This document shows positions 14,330-24,257 of a stretch of 64,000 nt of DNA, one piece after another. The stretch is from Escherichia coli. Its GTDB lineage: Bacteria; Pseudomonadota; Gammaproteobacteria; Enterobacterales; Enterobacteriaceae. The position numbers and the translations under genes were made by a program. The notes beneath the pieces are model-generated. The model was not told the origin of the DNA, ran no database searches, and saw nothing but the letters and a program-made list of their open reading frames with translations. The stretch lies in the NCBI GenBank assembly GCA_005400705.1, contig GCA_005400705.1_4079.1; one strand, given 5' to 3'. Position 1 is the first letter of the stretch, and every line of letters starts with the position of its first letter.

Positions 14330-15448
14330 ATGAAAATGACAAGTGGTTTTGCGAACATTCTTAAAAACAGTACTGGTAGTGTTAAAAAGAATACTGGTGT
14401 TAGTGTTGGTTTTCATGATCCAGATACATGGGTTAGTACTGGTAACTATGCACTAAATTATCGCATCAGTGGCTATTTTGACCGTGGTATCCCACTAGGC
14501 AAAGTAACGATGTTTGCTGGTGAATCAGGTAGTGGTAAATCTTTTATCGTATCTGGTAATATTGCACGTGAAGCTCAAAAACAAGGCATCTTTGTTGTTA
14601 TGATTGACTCAGAGAACGCATTGGATTCAGATTGGCTTCAAGCACTTGGTGTTGACACTTCTGAAGAAAAACTTTTGAAAGTCAATATGGGTATGATTGG
14701 TGACGTTGCAAAATTCACCTATGAGTTCATTGAAGGATATCGTAAAGAATACGAAAATACACCTAAAGATGAACGTCAAAAAGTATTGTTTATTATTGAT
14801 TCAATTGGTATGCTAAACACTGAAGTAGCCAATGATCAAATGAAAGCGGGTAACCTTAAAGGTGACATGGGTCATAAACCCAAACAGCTTAAAGCATATA
14901 TCACAAACTGTGTAAACTCTATTGGTTCATTGAACATTGGTATGGTTTGCGTTAACCACAGTTATGAATCTCAGGACATGTTTAACCCAGATCCTAAAGT
15001 TTCAGGTGGTAGTGGTTTGATTTATGCTTCATCTATGGTTATCGCAATGGGTAAATTAAAACTTAAAGAAGATGAAGACGGAAATAAAACTTCCGAAGTA
15101 AATGGTATTCGTGCTAAATGTAAAGTCATGAAGACTCGTTACAACAAGCCGTTTGAAGATGTAGAAATTAAAATTCCTTGGGATAAAGGTATGGACCCAC
15201 GTAGTGGTCTACTAGATATGTTTGAAAAATACGGTCTAATCACTAAATCAGGTAACCGTCTATTGTATGTTGATATTGTAACTGGCGAACAGATTCTAAA
15301 ATATCGCAAAGAGTGGATGCGTAATGAAGATTCATGTCTTGATTTGGTAATGCATCAATTTAAAAATCATCCTTTGATTGAAGAAGTTAAAGAAGAAGAA
15401 AAAGGTGATGAAACTTTTGGTACTGATGTGGATATTAGTGAGGAATAA
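14330..15448 (+). CDS. uvsX: UvsX recombinase (RecA/Rad51 family)
   Basis: Walker A GESGSGKSF; VCVNHSYESQDMF block; Walker B LFIIDS. Confidence 0.85.
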   Translation: MKMTSGFANILKNSTGSVKKNTGVSVGFHDPDTWVSTGNYALNYRISGYFDRGIPLGKVTMFAGESGSGKSFIVSGNIAREAQKQGIFVVMIDSENALDSDWLQALGVDTSEEKLLKVNMGMIGDVAKFTYEFIEGYRKEYENTPKDERQKVLFIIDSIGMLNTEVANDQMKAGNLKGDMGHKPKQLKAYITNCVNSIGSLNIGMVCVNHSYESQDMFNPDPKVSGGSGLIYASSMVIAMGKLKLKEDEDGNKTSEVNGIRAKCKVMKTRYNKPFEDVEIKIPWDKGMDPRSGLLDMFEKYGLITKSGNRLLYVDIVTGEQILKYRKEWMRNEDSCLDLVMHQFKNHPLIEEVKEEEKGDETFGTDVDISEE

Positions 15449-15909
15449 TGAAACCTTGGCATTGGATTATCAAAGATGATAAATCTAAAATTATTGAAAT
15501 GATTGAGTTCTTTAACAAAGAAGTTGAAGAAGCTCGTCGTGAAGTAAAGAAGATTGGCATCATTGAAAAAATTGCTCAAGAGATTCCTGGCTGGCATGAG
15601 ACGCGTCTAAGCCAGCTTCAAGAACTTGAAGCAGTATTGGAAATGTTAGAAATTGAAATGCGTCAGGTACAAGCCGAGAAGTTCAAATACTTTCTCGAAG
15701 GATACCGCCGTGCACTATCTTCATCTGACTGTAAAAAGTATGTTGAAGGTGATAAAGATGTTTGTGAGTTAGCAGAACTTATAAACGAGGTATCTTATAT
15801 AAGAAATACATATTCAAGTATTGTTAAATCCTTAGAGATGAAAGCTTTTCAGTTAAACAATATTGTGAGACTACGTGCCGCTGGTATTGAGGATGCACGT
15901 TTAGAATAA
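15448..15909 (+). CDS. UvsY-like recombination mediator
   Basis: 153 aa immediately after UvsX with TAATG overlap; C-terminal half resembles UvsY by pattern. Confidence 0.55.
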   Translation: MKPWHWIIKDDKSKIIEMIEFFNKEVEEARREVKKIGIIEKIAQEIPGWHETRLSQLQELEAVLEMLEIEMRQVQAEKFKYFLEGYRRALSSSDCKKYVEGDKDVCELAELINEVSYIRNTYSSIVKSLEMKAFQLNNIVRLRAAGIEDARLE

Positions 15910-15919
15910 TTATCATTAA

Positions 15920-15941
15920 GGACGCATATCGCGTCCTTTTT
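15920..15941 (+). terminator. rho-independent terminator
   Basis: ggacgc-atatc-gcgtcc hairpin + TTTTT. Confidence 0.55.
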
Positions 15942-15956
15942 CTATGCGAGAATAAA

Positions 15957-16775
15957 ATGACAAAATTAAATGAGTTTTTATCAAATGTAGCAGTTCTAGA
16001 TACTGAAACTACTGGGGTTGAGAGTGAAGATGATATTATTGAATTTAGTATCTCGTATCCACATACTTCACATGAAAACATTGATACTATTGATAACTAT
16101 ACATTGAGATACAAACCCTTGAAAGATATTCCACCAGAGGCATCTGCTGTGCACTTTATCAGTACTGAGGATGTAGCTAATTGTGTTGGGTATAAAGATG
16201 ATTTAGATAACATTGATGCACTTATGGGCTGCCGTAAGTATTTTGTTGGTCATAATGTACAATTTGACCGTAGAATGATGGTAGATAACGAATATAAATA
16301 TCGTAACTCAATTTCACAGTACTTACTTGATGAAAATAAATGGATTTGTACCCTTCGTCTTGCTAAGAAAATGTTCGCAGAAGATATTGAATTTAAAAAC
16401 TTAACTCTAAGTTATTTGTGGTATAAGTTTGGATGTTATCGTGATGTTCATCGACCTGTTAATGCACACGCAGCAAAAGACGATGTGTTTATGTGTTATC
16501 AGGTTCTAATCAAATTAGTTGAAATTGCAATCGAACGTGGATATATCGAACCTAATGGTGATATTGGTGAGCAAATTGTAACTTTCTGCAACACACCAAT
16601 GCGTTATCAATTCATGCCATTTGGTAAACACAAAGGTGAGCCAATGAGTACAGTTCCATTGAATTACATTGAATGGATGATTACTAATAGTGACATTTTA
16701 GATGCAAGTAACCCTAACTGTGATAAAGATTTAGTATATACATTTGAGTACGAATATAATACTCGAACTAATTAA
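15957..16775 (+). CDS. DEDDh 3'-5' exonuclease (DnaQ/ExoX-like) with C-terminal FGKHKG domain
   Basis: Exo I VLDTETTG, Exo II VGHNVQFD, Exo III HAAKDD; C-terminal FGKHKGEP...YIEWM. Confidence 0.7.
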   Translation: MTKLNEFLSNVAVLDTETTGVESEDDIIEFSISYPHTSHENIDTIDNYTLRYKPLKDIPPEASAVHFISTEDVANCVGYKDDLDNIDALMGCRKYFVGHNVQFDRRMMVDNEYKYRNSISQYLLDENKWICTLRLAKKMFAEDIEFKNLTLSYLWYKFGCYRDVHRPVNAHAAKDDVFMCYQVLIKLVEIAIERGYIEPNGDIGEQIVTFCNTPMRYQFMPFGKHKGEPMSTVPLNYIEWMITNSDILDASNPNCDKDLVYTFEYEYNTRTN

Positions 16776-16790
16776 TAAAGGTAATCATGG

Positions 16791-18275
16791 ATGAAAACTT
16801 GTAAGTTAACCTTATTGGATGAGGTGAATTGTAAATTTGAGGGACTTGATCCCTCAATTAGACAAAAGATGATTCGTGCAACTGAATATGTGTTACCATA
16901 TGCAAAGTTCACACCAGCAGGACGTATTGGACGTTGGGATGGTAAAGTTCAGTTTATGAATTTAGGCGGGACAACTTATTATCATATGTTAGATAAGTTA
17001 TTGCCTATTCTTGATGAAGCTAAGATTGACATTGAATTAGTAGATCATAGGGTAGATTATGGATTTAAATTTGACCCCATTGATGAAGATATTTTTAGTG
17101 ATGTTGTATTCGGTGCAGGACACCACATGGAAGGTAAATCCATAAAACTACGTGAACATCAAGTTAATGCGGTTAATGCATGTTTGGCTAATCCACACGG
17201 ACTACTATTGGCAGCTACTGGTGCAGGTAAAACTCTCATTACTGCTGCATTGTCAAAGAAAGTGCAAGAGTATGGACGTTCTGTTATAATAGTACCAAGT
17301 ACTGACTTAGTACAACAAACATATGATGACTACATTATGTGTGGGTTGGATACTGGCATGTTCTATGGTTCACAAAAAGATTTTGGTCACCAACATACTA
17401 TTACGACTTGGCAATCATTTAACTCTCTATGGAAGAAAACCAAGAAAGGTGAAATTGAATTAACTGAACAAGACGTGAATGATTTTATCGATGGAGTAGT
17501 TTGTGTTATCGTTGATGAGTGTCAAGGTGCAGGCGGTGACGCATTAGTTCAAGTACTTTCTAAAGTTATGAATAACGTACCATTACGTTGGGGTCTTACT
17601 GGAACAATTCCTAAAGATCCGGTAGTTGCCGCGAAAATCAAATGTAATGTTGGTGATGTTATATTTAAAATAACTGCAAAGGAATTACAAGATAAACAAA
17701 TACTAAGTACATGTAATGTGAATTGCATCAAACTAAAAAGTAGTATGAAGTTTGCATCATATGCTGAAGAGTTGAAATACTTAGTAACTGACAGAGATAG
17801 GATGGCATATGTAGCGTCATTGATATCTGCGTTATCTGAATCAGGAAACACTTTAGTTTTAGTAGATAGACTTGAAGCAGGTGAGTTGCTATGTGAATTT
17901 TTAGGCATTCCCAAATCAGAATTCGTTCGTGGAGAAACTAAAAAGAAAGATCGAGAATCATCTTATGGTGAAATTCGTTGGGCTGATAATAAAATACTTA
18001 TTGCGACATACGGCGTTGCCAGTACTGGTATTAGTATTTCAAGGTTATATAATGTAGTATTGATTGAGCCAGGAAAAAGTTTTGTAAGAACTATACAGTC
18101 AATTGGACGTGGATTACGCCGAGCAGAAGATAAAGACCACGTAGAAATATATGATATTAGTGGTTCTAATAAGTATAGTGCCAAGCATTTACGAGAACGT
18201 TTAGCTTACTATAAGGAAGCACAATATCCTCATAGTATAATAGATGTTAAAGATTGGGAAAACACAGCGGGATAA
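16791..18275 (+). CDS. SF2 helicase (UvsW-like)
   Basis: Walker A ATGAGKT, DExx box VDECQ, TGT motif, helicase C QSIGRGLR. Confidence 0.75.
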   Translation: MKTCKLTLLDEVNCKFEGLDPSIRQKMIRATEYVLPYAKFTPAGRIGRWDGKVQFMNLGGTTYYHMLDKLLPILDEAKIDIELVDHRVDYGFKFDPIDEDIFSDVVFGAGHHMEGKSIKLREHQVNAVNACLANPHGLLLAATGAGKTLITAALSKKVQEYGRSVIIVPSTDLVQQTYDDYIMCGLDTGMFYGSQKDFGHQHTITTWQSFNSLWKKTKKGEIELTEQDVNDFIDGVVCVIVDECQGAGGDALVQVLSKVMNNVPLRWGLTGTIPKDPVVAAKIKCNVGDVIFKITAKELQDKQILSTCNVNCIKLKSSMKFASYAEELKYLVTDRDRMAYVASLISALSESGNTLVLVDRLEAGELLCEFLGIPKSEFVRGETKKKDRESSYGEIRWADNKILIATYGVASTGISISRLYNVVLIEPGKSFVRTIQSIGRGLRRAEDKDHVEIYDISGSNKYSAKHLRERLAYYKEAQYPHSIIDVKDWENTAG

Positions 18276-18288
18276 ACCCGCTGTTTGT
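18264..18288 (+). terminator. terminator hairpin abutting next promoter
   Basis: acagcggg-ataaa-cccgctgt hairpin. Confidence 0.45.
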
Positions 18289-18296
18289 GATATAAT
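18288..18296 (+). promoter_or_regulatory. extended -10 promoter (TGaTATAAT)
   Basis: gtgatataat followed by perfect palindrome tgtcatatgaca. Confidence 0.45.
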
Positions 18297-18330
18297 GTGT
18301 CATATGACAACAACAAGGATGTAAAATAAA

Positions 18331-18759
18331 ATGGAATTGAGATCTAGTATTGCTTTTATTTGTGACCAAGAAACTTTAGAAGTTATGGATGTATTGTTGA
18401 ACGATGATGGTATTATGGATGACATGGTATCTTCTCTTGACTATATACCTGAGCTAGAAACGGATGATACTAACGTATGGAGATGTAATATTGATAGTGA
18501 TTCTTGGATTAATATCTATGAATTACAGACACGAATTGATTCTAAAGTAGAATCATTGAAATATGATATCATCTATGCAAGTACTGACACGAAAACTTTT
18601 ATTGATGTAGTAAGTCTAAGTGGTAATTTTGATTCATATCTGGATACTGATGTAGATAAAATTCAAGAGATGTGTGAAACTTATGGACTTGAATTTTATG
18701 GGGTAGAAGACCAAGATGATGAAGAATATTATGATGACGAAGAAGATTCGCAGTACTAA
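18331..18759 (+). CDS. hypothetical acidic protein
   Basis: 142 aa with highly acidic C-terminus (DQDDEEYYDDEEDSQY). Confidence 0.5.
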   Translation: MELRSSIAFICDQETLEVMDVLLNDDGIMDDMVSSLDYIPELETDDTNVWRCNIDSDSWINIYELQTRIDSKVESLKYDIIYASTDTKTFIDVVSLSGNFDSYLDTDVDKIQEMCETYGLEFYGVEDQDDEEYYDDEEDSQY

Positions 18760-18768
18760 GGAGATGAC

Positions 18769-19266
18769 ATGAACGTATTAACACCTGAAAATAATTCTTT
18801 TGACATGGATTTAGTAACAGAACATATCCCTGAAGAAATGTATTGTGTTTTGGATCTAAGCCCAAATGGTGAATCTGATTTTTATTTTAGACATATTCTA
18901 AACACCGTATCATTTAATAGTATTAGTGCTGATCTTCAAATTGGTGAAAAGATTATTCAAGTGCCTCTAGGATGGCAAATTATGTTAGGTGATGAAGAAA
19001 CTGGTATGGTTGAGATGTGTACAATTGAAAACATTCTTAACATGAAAGAACCAAAAGCTTTTGTTTACAATCCTATCCGTTCAATGTATCCTAAGTTTGA
19101 ACCAGTCAAAGTACTACGTGTATTTGCATTAACTACAAAGTGGCAGATACCAATGTTACCTAAAAAGAATTTACTATGCGTCCCACTACATAGTGGTGAA
19201 AATCCACCATGTGTGTACTTTGCAGATGAAAACGAAAAAATTCAAGATTTGTATCTAGGAGTATAA
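18769..19266 (+). CDS. hypothetical protein
   Basis: 165-aa ORF. Confidence 0.5.
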   Translation: MNVLTPENNSFDMDLVTEHIPEEMYCVLDLSPNGESDFYFRHILNTVSFNSISADLQIGEKIIQVPLGWQIMLGDEETGMVEMCTIENILNMKEPKAFVYNPIRSMYPKFEPVKVLRVFALTTKWQIPMLPKKNLLCVPLHSGENPPCVYFADENEKIQDLYLGV

Positions 19267-19270
19267 AATA

Positions 19271-20116
19271 GTGTTTGATTTCAGTGATATTAAAAATAAG
19301 TCGGTCGATGATGATGAAAAACCAACACAGCATTCTTTTTCTATTGCTGAATTTCTAAAACACATTGACCGTGCTGATTATAAGTACTATAATGACATGA
19401 CCGAAAAAGAACGAAAAGAGTTTACTCCATATACTGTTTTGCGATGGGTAAGCTCTTTAGATGATTCGTTACAAGTAACCTACCCTAGTAGTAAAGTTGA
19501 AAGTGTATTTGGAAAATGGAAATCTGGTGGTAAAGAAGCACTGACTGAACTAGTTACTGAATTAAAGTCTTCAGGGACAAATGTTTCATCAGTAACTAAG
19601 TACTGTCATAGTGATTATGATTGGCGTATTAAATTTGCAGTCCAATCAAAAGATGACGCACAAAAATTAATATCATCAATGGTCGAATTTGGTGTATCAG
19701 GTTCCGAAATTGTTTCATTGGTAGATACTGAAGTTGTCAAATACCAACTTATTATGCTAAATGATATGGTTAATGATGGATTTTGGGATATGAAAGAACA
19801 TCCAGAATTAGTATATCAGCTTATGTGTTCAGTGCATGATATGATTGGTGGACAAGAAATGCCACGTAACTGGTTAAACTTTTCTAAGAATTTCAAAAAA
19901 GCAAATAATGAATTATTTGAGTTAATTAAAAGCTCACAACCTGATACTATATCTACTCAAATGAATGAAGATGAGTACAAAATTGTTCTATTACAGTATG
20001 ATAAAAAAACATTTGAGACATTTCTTGACAATAATGGTTTTCAAGATAATGAAAAGAAATCTATGATGAAATTGTTTAAAGAAGAATGTAAAAAATATGG
20101 CAAAGAAATCAAGTAA
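19271..20116 (+). CDS. hypothetical protein (probable GTG start)
   Basis: GGAG 9 nt upstream of GTG 19271; first in-frame ATG is about 40 codons downstream. Confidence 0.45.
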   Translation: MFDFSDIKNKSVDDDEKPTQHSFSIAEFLKHIDRADYKYYNDMTEKERKEFTPYTVLRWVSSLDDSLQVTYPSSKVESVFGKWKSGGKEALTELVTELKSSGTNVSSVTKYCHSDYDWRIKFAVQSKDDAQKLISSMVEFGVSGSEIVSLVDTEVVKYQLIMLNDMVNDGFWDMKEHPELVYQLMCSVHDMIGGQEMPRNWLNFSKNFKKANNELFELIKSSQPDTISTQMNEDEYKIVLLQYDKKTFETFLDNNGFQDNEKKSMMKLFKEECKKYGKEIK

Positions 20117-20807
20117 CCAAGTATATACCTGTAGATTTTGTGATCGTGAATTTAAACGTGAAGAAACTGTAAACACACATAAATGTATAAAACGTGACCG
20201 ATACGAAGATCGCCAAAGCCGCCAGATGATGGAGGCTTTTCGTATATATATGCAATTTATGGAATTGAATAAGTTCCCATTTAAAAAAGGCGTAGAGCCT
20301 TTTATTGCTTTTATAAAGTCAAAGTACTTTAATGATTTTTATAATTTTGCCCAATACTATTTGAATAATAGAGATATTATTAATGTGGACGAGTTTGTAA
20401 AGTACTTGATTATCAATAACAAACCAATCACGGAATGGAGTACATATAAAGCAAAAGATGAATGGATATTAAAAACGATTCGTGCCGAGCACCCAAAAGA
20501 AGCAATTGCAAGAAGTGTTATCTCACTGGTTGAATGGGCTGAAAATTTGAATGTACAATGGAATACTTTCTTTGAAAATGTAAGTTCTGCTCGTGCAATT
20601 GCATGGATAGAGAGTGGTAAAATTTCACCTTGGATTATCTGGCTTGCTCCTAAAAAAAGTACTAATAAGTTTTTTAAAAAACTATCAAACTCAGAAATTG
20701 AATATATACTTAAATACATCGATCCAAGTTATTTTGAAATCAAAACTATAAAATACAAAAAGGATTGTGATGAAATTAAGATTATGCTATGTGAGGCAGG
20801 ATTATGA
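20097..20807 (+). CDS. hypothetical protein with N-terminal Cys/His zinc-finger-like motif
   Basis: YTCRFCDREFKREETVNTHKC. Confidence 0.45.
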   Translation: MAKKSSNQVYTCRFCDREFKREETVNTHKCIKRDRYEDRQSRQMMEAFRIYMQFMELNKFPFKKGVEPFIAFIKSKYFNDFYNFAQYYLNNRDIINVDEFVKYLIINNKPITEWSTYKAKDEWILKTIRAEHPKEAIARSVISLVEWAENLNVQWNTFFENVSSARAIAWIESGKISPWIIWLAPKKSTNKFFKKLSNSEIEYILKYIDPSYFEIKTIKYKKDCDEIKIMLCEAGL

Positions 20808-21133
20808 ATGGAAAAAGTATATATAATAAAATACCAGAAGGGTATGTACCTGTACCTAAAGAACAAAAATCAAAACAAATATCTCTACTTAGACAAGGAT
20901 CTATTACTGAAATAACTTTAGATGGTAAAACATTTCAAGTTCATGATCCTGCTCGTATTGAAAAAATTATTTCTTTGGTAGAAAGACACGAAGAACGATT
21001 TTTCAGTTTAAGTCAAGAGTTGGCAAAGACAAAACAAAATTGTAGACTATTAGAGAATCAAATATCAACTTTGACTAATACAGTTAAACAGTTACAGGAG
21101 CAAATAAAAAATGCAGGATTCGACCGATTCTAA
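20804..21133 (+). CDS. hypothetical coiled-coil protein
   Basis: 109 aa, heptad-like C-terminus. Confidence 0.4.
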   Translation: MNGKSIYNKIPEGYVPVPKEQKSKQISLLRQGSITEITLDGKTFQVHDPARIEKIISLVERHEERFFSLSQELAKTKQNCRLLENQISTLTNTVKQLQEQIKNAGFDRF

Positions 21134-21749
21134 ACATTATAGAAAAGCCCGAACTGATATTGACATTGACTTCAAGGATAGTAAAAGCGTAATTGCAAAA
21201 CTTCCTTGCGTGCGAAGTACTGAAAAAATTACGGAGGATGGTTTAATCCCCCATAATAGTGGTGTTCATTTTGATAATATACCAATTGATCCAATAACCG
21301 GATTGGCAAGTATACAATATAAAGAAGCTGAAAGTCTAGGATATCAAAAAGTTGATATTCTTTCACAGTCAGCTTACATGTATGTTCGTGATAGAGAGCA
21401 TTTAAAAGAACTAATGAATCAGGAACCAAATTGGGATCTATTATTAGAACCGGAAATTGTAGAACATCTTTCGCAAATTAAAAAACATGTAACTTTATTA
21501 AATGTATGGAAACCTAAATCCATAGACGAACTTGCAATGTTTATTGCAATGATACGCCCTGGAAAAAGGCAGTGCCAAAGTATGAACACATGGGACGAAG
21601 TTAAAGCCACCATATGGGATTATAGTACTATCGGCACTGACCAAGCAGGAAATAAATTACGATATTTCAAAAAGCCACATGCTTATGCATATAGCTTAAT
21701 GATTGTTGTACAACTAAATGCTTTAGTTGAACATCTTACTTCTTCTTAA
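21111..21749 (+). CDS. DnaE (Pol III alpha) core-like fragment, palm/fingers segment without catalytic Asp region
   Basis: GYQKVDILSQ (cf. GLVKFDFLGL), AMFIAMIRPGK (cf. IALVALFRPGP), FKKPHAYAYSL (cf. FNKSHSAAYAL), colinear. Confidence 0.5.
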   Translation: MQDSTDSKHYRKARTDIDIDFKDSKSVIAKLPCVRSTEKITEDGLIPHNSGVHFDNIPIDPITGLASIQYKEAESLGYQKVDILSQSAYMYVRDREHLKELMNQEPNWDLLLEPEIVEHLSQIKKHVTLLNVWKPKSIDELAMFIAMIRPGKRQCQSMNTWDEVKATIWDYSTIGTDQAGNKLRYFKKPHAYAYSLMIVVQLNALVEHLTSS

Positions 21750-22089
21750 GAGCCACATTACGACGCTTGATGCGTTTTTGTGGCAAATTGCTTAAAGAAA
21801 CTACTGGACCACATACGAAATTCACCGACGGTGTATCGAATCTCTGTGTGTACGGTTCAAATTTCTCCATCTCTTCTTGAAAGAATAGACAAACTGGAAT
21901 GGTTCTATTACTTTGCCACCACCAATCGTGTGCTATACCTAACAATTCGTCTTGCATTGAATCATCCATATCATCGAAACAGTAAAGAGTTGTATACTGT
22001 TTGCTTTTGATTTTGATGATACCAACAAACGTTTTACCATCATACTGGATTACAGTAATGAATGGTGGAATAGTGTTATATTGATTCAT
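21736..22089 (-). CDS. hypothetical protein (lone minus-strand gene)
   Basis: 117-aa ORF convergent with upstream gene; TATAAAT-like motif upstream on minus strand. Confidence 0.4.
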   Translation of the reverse strand: MNQYNTIPPFITVIQYDGKTFVGIIKIKSKQYTTLYCFDDMDDSMQDELLGIAHDWWWQSNRTIPVCLFFQEEMEKFEPYTQRFDTPSVNFVCGPVVSLSNLPQKRIKRRNVALKKK

Positions 22090-22146
22090 ATTAGTTCCAT
22101 AAATATTAGTATAAATTTATACCTATTATTTATGGAAGGAAAAACT

Positions 22147-23124
22147 ATGGCTCATCACGGCGTGTTTATGTACCCTTATAATCAGGAAGTATCATTGGGC
22201 AATTTTAATATGCCATATAGCAATGAAAAACTAACTATATATAGAGGGGCAAATAATAATTTATCTTTTACTGTTCACAACGCTGATGGAAAATATACTT
22301 TATTGAAAGATAATGAATATCTTACATTTATGATTTTTGATGCACGAAATAATACTAAACTATTTGATGTTGTATTAGAAAAACAAGAACCCAGTTGGTT
22401 ATCAGAAAGTGGACAAGCAAGACAAACATTAGGAAATAAAAAGAAAGTATATTATGGATGTATTGTTCCAGCAGGAGTTATTCAAGATACCAGTCCTGGT
22501 TCAAAATATAGATGGAGCATTACTAAAGTAACAATGGATGGTTCACTTATAGAACCAACACAATATCTATACACAGGGATGAACTTTGAGGCATCAGCAG
22601 AGCTAATAATTTCAGACCAAGCAGCACCTGTATTTGTCCCCAGTACTGAAATATCAGTTAATAAAAATCCAGCATGGACAACTATAAAGCGTTTATATCA
22701 TGAACCAATTGGAAATGGTATGATTGGTGAATATGATATTCTCGCATCAACTCCACTACCAGCACAAATGCAGTTTGGATTAGTAGATGGATTAAGTAGT
22801 ATTGCAATCTATTTTGATAAATTTATTGGTAGAATACAGCTACAAGGGTGCTTGTGTAACAACGTACCTAATGATAATGAAAACTATAAATGGTTTATTA
22901 TTAAATTAGATGGAAAGGATTATATTGAAAATGGAATTGATTCAGAAGGTTTTCCAAAAGAACTTGACGGAATACAAGCATTTAATTTTAAAGGAAATTA
23001 TATGTGGTTACGTTTGGTGGTTGCTATTCATCCCAAAATTGTTCCAGTACCATATGACTATGCTGCTGTCCGAAAAGTGTATGACCCTTTCCTAACAGTA
23101 CCTAAAATTTTGATACGTAGATGA
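22147..23124 (+). CDS. hypothetical protein (possibly structural)
   Basis: GGAAGGA RBS; N/G/T-rich beta-like composition. Confidence 0.5.
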   Translation: MAHHGVFMYPYNQEVSLGNFNMPYSNEKLTIYRGANNNLSFTVHNADGKYTLLKDNEYLTFMIFDARNNTKLFDVVLEKQEPSWLSESGQARQTLGNKKKVYYGCIVPAGVIQDTSPGSKYRWSITKVTMDGSLIEPTQYLYTGMNFEASAELIISDQAAPVFVPSTEISVNKNPAWTTIKRLYHEPIGNGMIGEYDILASTPLPAQMQFGLVDGLSSIAIYFDKFIGRIQLQGCLCNNVPNDNENYKWFIIKLDGKDYIENGIDSEGFPKELDGIQAFNFKGNYMWLRLVVAIHPKIVPVPYDYAAVRKVYDPFLTVPKILIRR

Positions 23125-23140
23125 GACAAAACTAGAAGGT

Positions 23141-23150
23141 GTGCTATAAT
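23141..23150 (+). promoter_or_regulatory. extended -10 promoter (TGcTATAAT)
   Basis: gtgctataat 30 nt upstream of primase ATG. Confidence 0.45.
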
Positions 23151-23179
23151 CATTTGTAAGAAAAGACAAGGATTAACTT

Positions 23180-24235
23180 ATGAACGCTGTACAAAACATA
23201 ATGGCACAAATTATGAATGATCCAGTACCTGCGATTGGTACATGGTCACGACACAACTGTCCAGCTTGTGTGTTCAGAGGACATTCAAGGCCGGATACAA
23301 AGCACCGTGGTAATCATATGTTCAATGCAGATGGTTCCGTTTCATATAACTGCTTTAACTGTAGTTTAAAAACTGGTTGGCAACCAGGAAAATATATGAG
23401 CAAAGATATGGAGTCTTTGCTCATTTCTTTTGGTGCACAAGATAAAGAAATAGAATTAGTTAAGTTTTATATTAAAGAAATGGTTGACAGCGGTGATTTT
23501 GCTGCACAAGAAACTGTTGCATCAAAATTGTATGACCGAGTAACAGTACGTGATTTGCCATCAAATGCAAAAACATTTTGGGAATGGGCTTCTTTACCTG
23601 AAGATAAAATTCCACAAGAATTTATAAGTGTTTTGCATAATGTCAATGAAAGAAACCCATATCTGTTAGACTTAGAATTATATTGGTCACCTAATAAAGA
23701 ACATAAAATGTATGACAGATTTATTATTCCATATTTCATGAATGGTAAAATTATTGGTTATACTGCACGACATAAATTAAAAGATCCTGGAAGTACATAC
23801 AGGTTCATAAATCAAGTAAGTACTAATATACTATATAACTATGATTTATTAAAAGATGAACGAATAAAAACAATTTTAGTATGTGAGGGTCCGTTAGACG
23901 CAGCATTAATGGGTGGTGTATCTGCTAATAACTTTAAATTATCAAACGTACAGATTGATGTATTAAAAGATGCACAGCAAAAAGGTAAAAAAATAGTTAT
24001 TGTTCCAGATAGAGATAAAGATGGATTAATAACTATAGATCAAGCACTTGAAAATGGATTCAGTGTTTCCTTCCCAGACTTTGGTGCTGTAAGAGAAGGT
24101 AGTACAATACGTCATATCAAGGACTTTGAAGAAGCTTGTGCACGATTTGGTAGGTTATTTTGTTTACAATTAATACATGATAGTATAGTAGATGAGCCAT
24201 TTTATATTAAAGCTCAAACGGATAAATGGATGTAA
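23180..24235 (+). CDS. DNA primase (T4 gp61-like; zinc ribbon + Toprim)
   Basis: CPACVF...CFNCS zinc ribbon; VCEGPLDA and IVIVPDRDKDG Toprim motifs. Confidence 0.8.
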   Translation: MNAVQNIMAQIMNDPVPAIGTWSRHNCPACVFRGHSRPDTKHRGNHMFNADGSVSYNCFNCSLKTGWQPGKYMSKDMESLLISFGAQDKEIELVKFYIKEMVDSGDFAAQETVASKLYDRVTVRDLPSNAKTFWEWASLPEDKIPQEFISVLHNVNERNPYLLDLELYWSPNKEHKMYDRFIIPYFMNGKIIGYTARHKLKDPGSTYRFINQVSTNILYNYDLLKDERIKTILVCEGPLDAALMGGVSANNFKLSNVQIDVLKDAQQKGKKIVIVPDRDKDGLITIDQALENGFSVSFPDFGAVREGSTIRHIKDFEEACARFGRLFCLQLIHDSIVDEPFYIKAQTDKWM

Positions 24236-24257
24236 TACATATAATGAGGGAACATAG

